The position numbers and the translations under genes are program-made. From Chthoniobacteraceae bacterium (GTDB lineage Bacteria; Verrucomicrobiota; Verrucomicrobiia; Chthoniobacterales; Chthoniobacteraceae): a DNA stretch of 64,000 nucleotides. Shown here piece by piece: positions 60,333 to 64,000 of this stretch (the stretch's first letter is position 1; each line of letters starts with the position of its first letter). The stretch lies in assembly GCA_031409655.1 (NCBI GenBank), contig JANNXQ010000107.1:1-64000 (forward strand), written 5' to 3'. The notes under the pieces were generated by a model, which was not told the DNA's origin, did no database searches, and saw only the letters and a list, made by a program, of their open reading frames with translations.

Positions 60333-61435
60333 ATCGGGCCATCTGGTTCTTCAAGGTCGGTTCGTTTTCCCACATCAATGACCATGTCCGGGCGATCCTT
60401 GAGCGGGAGTTTCCGGAGTATTCCGTCCGCGTCATTGATGTCGCCAGCGACATCCTCCGCGGTCGTCCTTTCACCACTGCGCGCTGTCTGCTCGATGCGC
60501 TCCGCATCTATCCGCGCGAGATCTTCGGCAAGCGCCGCAAGCCCACGGATTTTCTCCTCCGCACGCCCACGGCATTCCGCGCGAGCCGGCAGTGGTCGCG
60601 GGAAAATGTGCGCGCCGGCGAGGTGGCGTTTACCTTTCAGACGCAATCCCTCTTCGACGCGAGCGGCGCGGGCGTTCCGCATTTCGTGTACACCGACCAA
60701 ACCTGCCTCGCGAACCGCCGCTATCCCGTGGCGGTGAATCCGGAGTTGCTCGATCCGCGGTGGCTCGCCGTGGAGCGCACCGTGTACGAGTCCGCACGCG
60801 TGACTTTTACCACGAGCACGTTTGCGCTGCGCTCGCTGACGGAAGATTACGGAGTCGAGGAATCTCTGGCGAGCTGCGTGCTTTCCGGGGCCAACGTGGA
60901 AATCGAGGAGCCCAGCGCGAAAGATTTCGGCGGACTCATCCTTTTCGTGGGCGTGGACTGGAAGCGGAAGGGCGGGCTGGATCTCGTGCAGGCTTTTGAG
61001 CAGGTGCTCGTCGCCCATCCGTCCGCGCGCCTGCGCATCATCGGCTGCGCGCCGCACGTGAATCATCCTCGCATCGAAGCACTCGGACGCGTGCCTCTCG
61101 CCGAGATGAACCGTCACTTTCGCGAGGCCGATATTTTCTGCCTGCCGAGCTGCCACGAGCCCTCCGCGTCCGTGCTCGTGGAAGCGATGAGCCACGGTCT
61201 GCCCATCGTGAGCACCCGCGTCGGCGGCACGCCCGATCGCTGCCTTCACGGCGAGACCGGCCTGCTCGTGAACGCTGGCGACATTCCCGCACTCGCCGCC
61301 GCACTCGGCGCGCTGCTTTCCGATCCCGCGCGCTGCCGCACGATGGGAGAAGCTGGTCGCCGCTTCGCCCGCGATCGCTTTTCGTGGGAGATCGTCGGTC
61401 GGAAGATCGCCGCGAAGATTCGCGAGACCATCTGA
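60329..61435 (+). CDS. GT4 glycosyltransferase
   Basis: LFVGVDWKRKG, DIFCLPSCHEP..VLVEAMSHGLPIV; GTG in GTGA overlap. Confidence 0.9.
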   Translation: MNRAIWFFKVGSFSHINDHVRAILEREFPEYSVRVIDVASDILRGRPFTTARCLLDALRIYPREIFGKRRKPTDFLLRTPTAFRASRQWSRENVRAGEVAFTFQTQSLFDASGAGVPHFVYTDQTCLANRRYPVAVNPELLDPRWLAVERTVYESARVTFTTSTFALRSLTEDYGVEESLASCVLSGANVEIEEPSAKDFGGLILFVGVDWKRKGGLDLVQAFEQVLVAHPSARLRIIGCAPHVNHPRIEALGRVPLAEMNRHFREADIFCLPSCHEPSASVLVEAMSHGLPIVSTRVGGTPDRCLHGETGLLVNAGDIPALAAALGALLSDPARCRTMGEAGRRFARDRFSWEIVGRKIAAKIRETI

Positions 61436-61440
61436 GTCCG

Positions 61441-63222
61441 ATGCCGATCACCCGAGTCCACCTCACCGCTGGCGACAAAGTCGGCTGGGCGATCGACGAA
61501 GATCTCCGGCTCGTCCGCGACTCGCTCGCCGGGGTGTGCGAGGTCACCTCGCTCGCCAAAGCGGAGGTTGTGCACTCAGGCTGGTGGGTGAATTTGCTGC
61601 CGTATTCACCTGCCGATTTCCGCGGGAAGCACGTCGTCTGCACCGCGGAAAACGCGCCCTTCTACTACATCACCGAGCCCGAGTTCTTGAAGGTGCGGGA
61701 GATGGTCACGCAATGGATCGTCCGCTCCCGCGAGGGCGCTGCGCAATTCGCCGCGCTCGGCATCGAGAGTCGCTACGCGCCCTACACTTTTGATCCCGCG
61801 GTCTTCCATCCGCTGCCGCTCGATCACCCGGAGGTGCAGAAACTTGTCCGCAGGTGGAGTATTCCCACGGAGAAATATCTCGTCGCAAATTTTCACCGCG
61901 ACACCGAAGGCGCGGACCTGCGCTCGCCGAAGATCCAGAAGGGCCCCGACGCCTTTCTCGAAATCGTCACGCTGCTGCGCGATCGCGGCGCGGATTTCCA
62001 TGTGCTGCTCGCGGGCCCGCGCCGGTTTTATCTCCGGCGCGAACTCGCTGCTCGCCGGATCCCGTTCACCTTCGTGGGCGAAGACACCGGCGCGAACGAC
62101 GACCTCACGGCGAATACCCTGCACCGCTCGGTGCTCAATCTCCTCTACAGCATCGCCGACGCGCAGGTGGTTTCGTCGCGCTGGGAAGGTGGGCCGCAAT
62201 CCGTCCTCGAAGCGGCCGCGACGTGCTGCAAGATCATCAGCACGCGGGTGGGCCTCGCGCCGGACGTGCTCGAACCCGGCTGCTTGTTCGACACGGTCTT
62301 CGAAGCCGCGGATTTGTTGGAACGCGACATCGCCACCGGCGTGCTGGACGCCAGCGTGGAGCCGCAATTTCAACGCGTGAGTATCGCGCACACTGAGCCC
62401 GCGCTGCGCGAGCATCTGCGCGAAATCTATCGCTCGCTCGAACCACTGCCTGCCTCGGGCTCAGGTTCGGGTCGTTCGATCCGCCGCGTGGCGGATCGTT
62501 TACTCGGTCGCTTCAAAGCCAAGCCCGCCGTGCGTTCCATCGCGCTTGTGCATGAGCCGAAGAAGGAGACGAGCAACGCATTCGACGATTTTCTTCGGCG
62601 CCTCGCCGATGAATTGCGCGAGCGCGGATGCGGGTTGGCGGATGCGGCAGACGGGACTGATTGCGACGCCGTCCTGCTCGGTCGCGTCACGCCGGGAAAC
62701 CCGCATCTGGAAAAACTTTCGCCGTCGGCACTCCCGCCCGTGATCGGATTTCTCGATGACGAATCAGCGGCGAACAGCGCCGCAAGTATTCACCGACAGC
62801 ACTGCGCCTGCGTGTTGCTCTCGTCAATCGAAGCGCTCACGCATCTCCAGACCCGTGGCGAAATCTCGAATCGCACGCTCGTCATTCCACCCGTCGCGAC
62901 GGCCACTCGCGCAACCGCCACCGCCGAACCGGTGCTTCTACGCTCCGACGATCCGTGGGCCGGCGGTCGCATCCAGCAAGCTCTCGCGAGCGGCGCCCCG
63001 ATCCTGTATCCACACGGGTCGCACTATGAATACGCGGTCTGGTTTGGCGGACTGGCGCTCCGCGATGCCGAATCACCGAGCGAGAAACTCGCGACATTTT
63101 CCGCGCACCACGACATCTTCGCGCGACTCGCAGCGCCTGTCTCGATCGCCTCCGTCGCCGACCGCCTGCTGCGCCTCATTTCCACCACCCGCGAACTTTT
63201 GACTGATGAATCCGATGACTGA
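61441..63222 (+). CDS. GT4 glycosyltransferase with a degenerate second GT-like domain
   Basis: FHRDTEG..KIQKGPD, SSRWEGGPQSVLEAA..ISTRVG; long C-terminal extension after a SGSGSG linker. Confidence 0.8.
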   Translation: MPITRVHLTAGDKVGWAIDEDLRLVRDSLAGVCEVTSLAKAEVVHSGWWVNLLPYSPADFRGKHVVCTAENAPFYYITEPEFLKVREMVTQWIVRSREGAAQFAALGIESRYAPYTFDPAVFHPLPLDHPEVQKLVRRWSIPTEKYLVANFHRDTEGADLRSPKIQKGPDAFLEIVTLLRDRGADFHVLLAGPRRFYLRRELAARRIPFTFVGEDTGANDDLTANTLHRSVLNLLYSIADAQVVSSRWEGGPQSVLEAAATCCKIISTRVGLAPDVLEPGCLFDTVFEAADLLERDIATGVLDASVEPQFQRVSIAHTEPALREHLREIYRSLEPLPASGSGSGRSIRRVADRLLGRFKAKPAVRSIALVHEPKKETSNAFDDFLRRLADELRERGCGLADAADGTDCDAVLLGRVTPGNPHLEKLSPSALPPVIGFLDDESAANSAASIHRQHCACVLLSSIEALTHLQTRGEISNRTLVIPPVATATRATATAEPVLLRSDDPWAGGRIQQALASGAPILYPHGSHYEYAVWFGGLALRDAESPSEKLATFSAHHDIFARLAAPVSIASVADRLLRLISTTRELLTDESDD

Positions 63223-64000
63223 ATTCGTAGCCGAGCCCCGACGTGCCGATTGGTTGCAAAGGGCGAGCGACACTGTCTGCCGCGACCGCATCTGGAAGCT
63301 GGGCCTGCTGACGGGACTGAAAGCTGACGCCGACGAGTTCACGCCCGCCAACTTCGAACGCGCGCTCGTGCTCGACCGGCTCATCCAACTGCACCAGCCC
63401 GCGCGCATCCTCGAAATCGGCACCGGGCGCGGACTCGGCAGCATGGCCATGGCCGCCGCCGCACTCGCCCACGGCGTCCAAACGTGCATCACCACGCTCG
63501 ACATCCTCTCCACCGACACCAAGCAGCGCTGGCCGATCGAGATCGATGGCCAGCGCCGGGTCACCGAAGCCAGCCGCCGCGAGATCTGGAGCCAGCACGT
63601 CGATCCCGCCCTCGTGGAACTCGTGACCGAAGTCACCGGAGCCACCACCCGCACCTTGCCGCAGCTCGCCGCGGGCGGGCACAAATTTGACCTCATCTTC
63701 ATCGACGCCGGACACGACCTGTATTCGGTCATCCACGATCTCTCCTACAGCGTGAAGCTGCTCGCGCCACGCGGCGCAATCCTCATGGACGACTTCGCCC
63801 CGATGGAAGAATTCGGCCTCGGCACCTGCATCGCCGCGCAACACGCGCACCGCTACTTTGATCGCGTGGAAATTTTCCCGACCGAGGGACTCGTCTTTGG
63901 CGGCACCGAGCACCCGGAGGCGCCGCGCGGCATGGTGCTGCTGAGCGAGCCGATCGCGCGGGAGGTGGAGGTGAGTCGCCTGCGCCTGCTCGCCTGGCGT
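63206..64000 (+). CDS. Class I SAM-dependent methyltransferase (Methyltransf_24-like), truncated by the right edge
   Basis: Hand translation from ATG 63206 or 63215: PARILEIGTGRGLGS, FDLIFIDAGH, LLAPRGAILMDD. Confidence 0.82.
   Translation, partial: MNPMTEFVAEPRRADWLQRASDTVCRDRIWKLGLLTGLKADADEFTPANFERALVLDRLIQLHQPARILEIGTGRGLGSMAMAAAALAHGVQTCITTLDILSTDTKQRWPIEIDGQRRVTEASRREIWSQHVDPALVELVTEVTGATTRTLPQLAAGGHKFDLIFIDAGHDLYSVIHDLSYSVKLLAPRGAILMDDFAPMEEFGLGTCIAAQHAHRYFDRVEIFPTEGLVFGGTEHPEAPRGMVLLSEPIAREVEVSRLRLLAWR

Overview
High-GC bacterial DNA. The PATR-repeat autotransporter, the FecR/CHASE2 module and the heptamer-repeat palindromes suggest Verrucomicrobiota (Chthoniobacter-like); this is an inference. 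The left third holds a large PATR surface protein divergent from a LuxR-type regulator and three translationally coupled histidine kinases, one fused to a complete APC amino-acid/polyamine permease. It also holds cdsA-dxr and a barrel / FecR / CHASE2 adenylate cyclase / cNMP-kinase cluster. The middle holds a cyclophilin, aguB-aguA, a GAF protein, a VTT protein, an ArfB-like factor and glycan genes (rfbA, RmlC-like, asnB, GTs). From 34 kb to the edge runs one + strand wzm/wzt surface-glycan cluster with NeuB/NeuA, an aldolase, a PhyH dioxygenase, seven methyltransferases and about ten glycosyltransferases. The most striking observation is in dxr: a 117-nt in-frame insert starts with a TAA stop inside a 38-bp heptamer-repeat hairpin and is bounded by matched GAG codons. 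It could reflect translational bypassing, a split gene, or a single-base mutation/error. Related tandem-repeat hairpins recur through the window, often immediately after stop codons. No rRNA, tRNA, CRISPR array or transposase was recognised.
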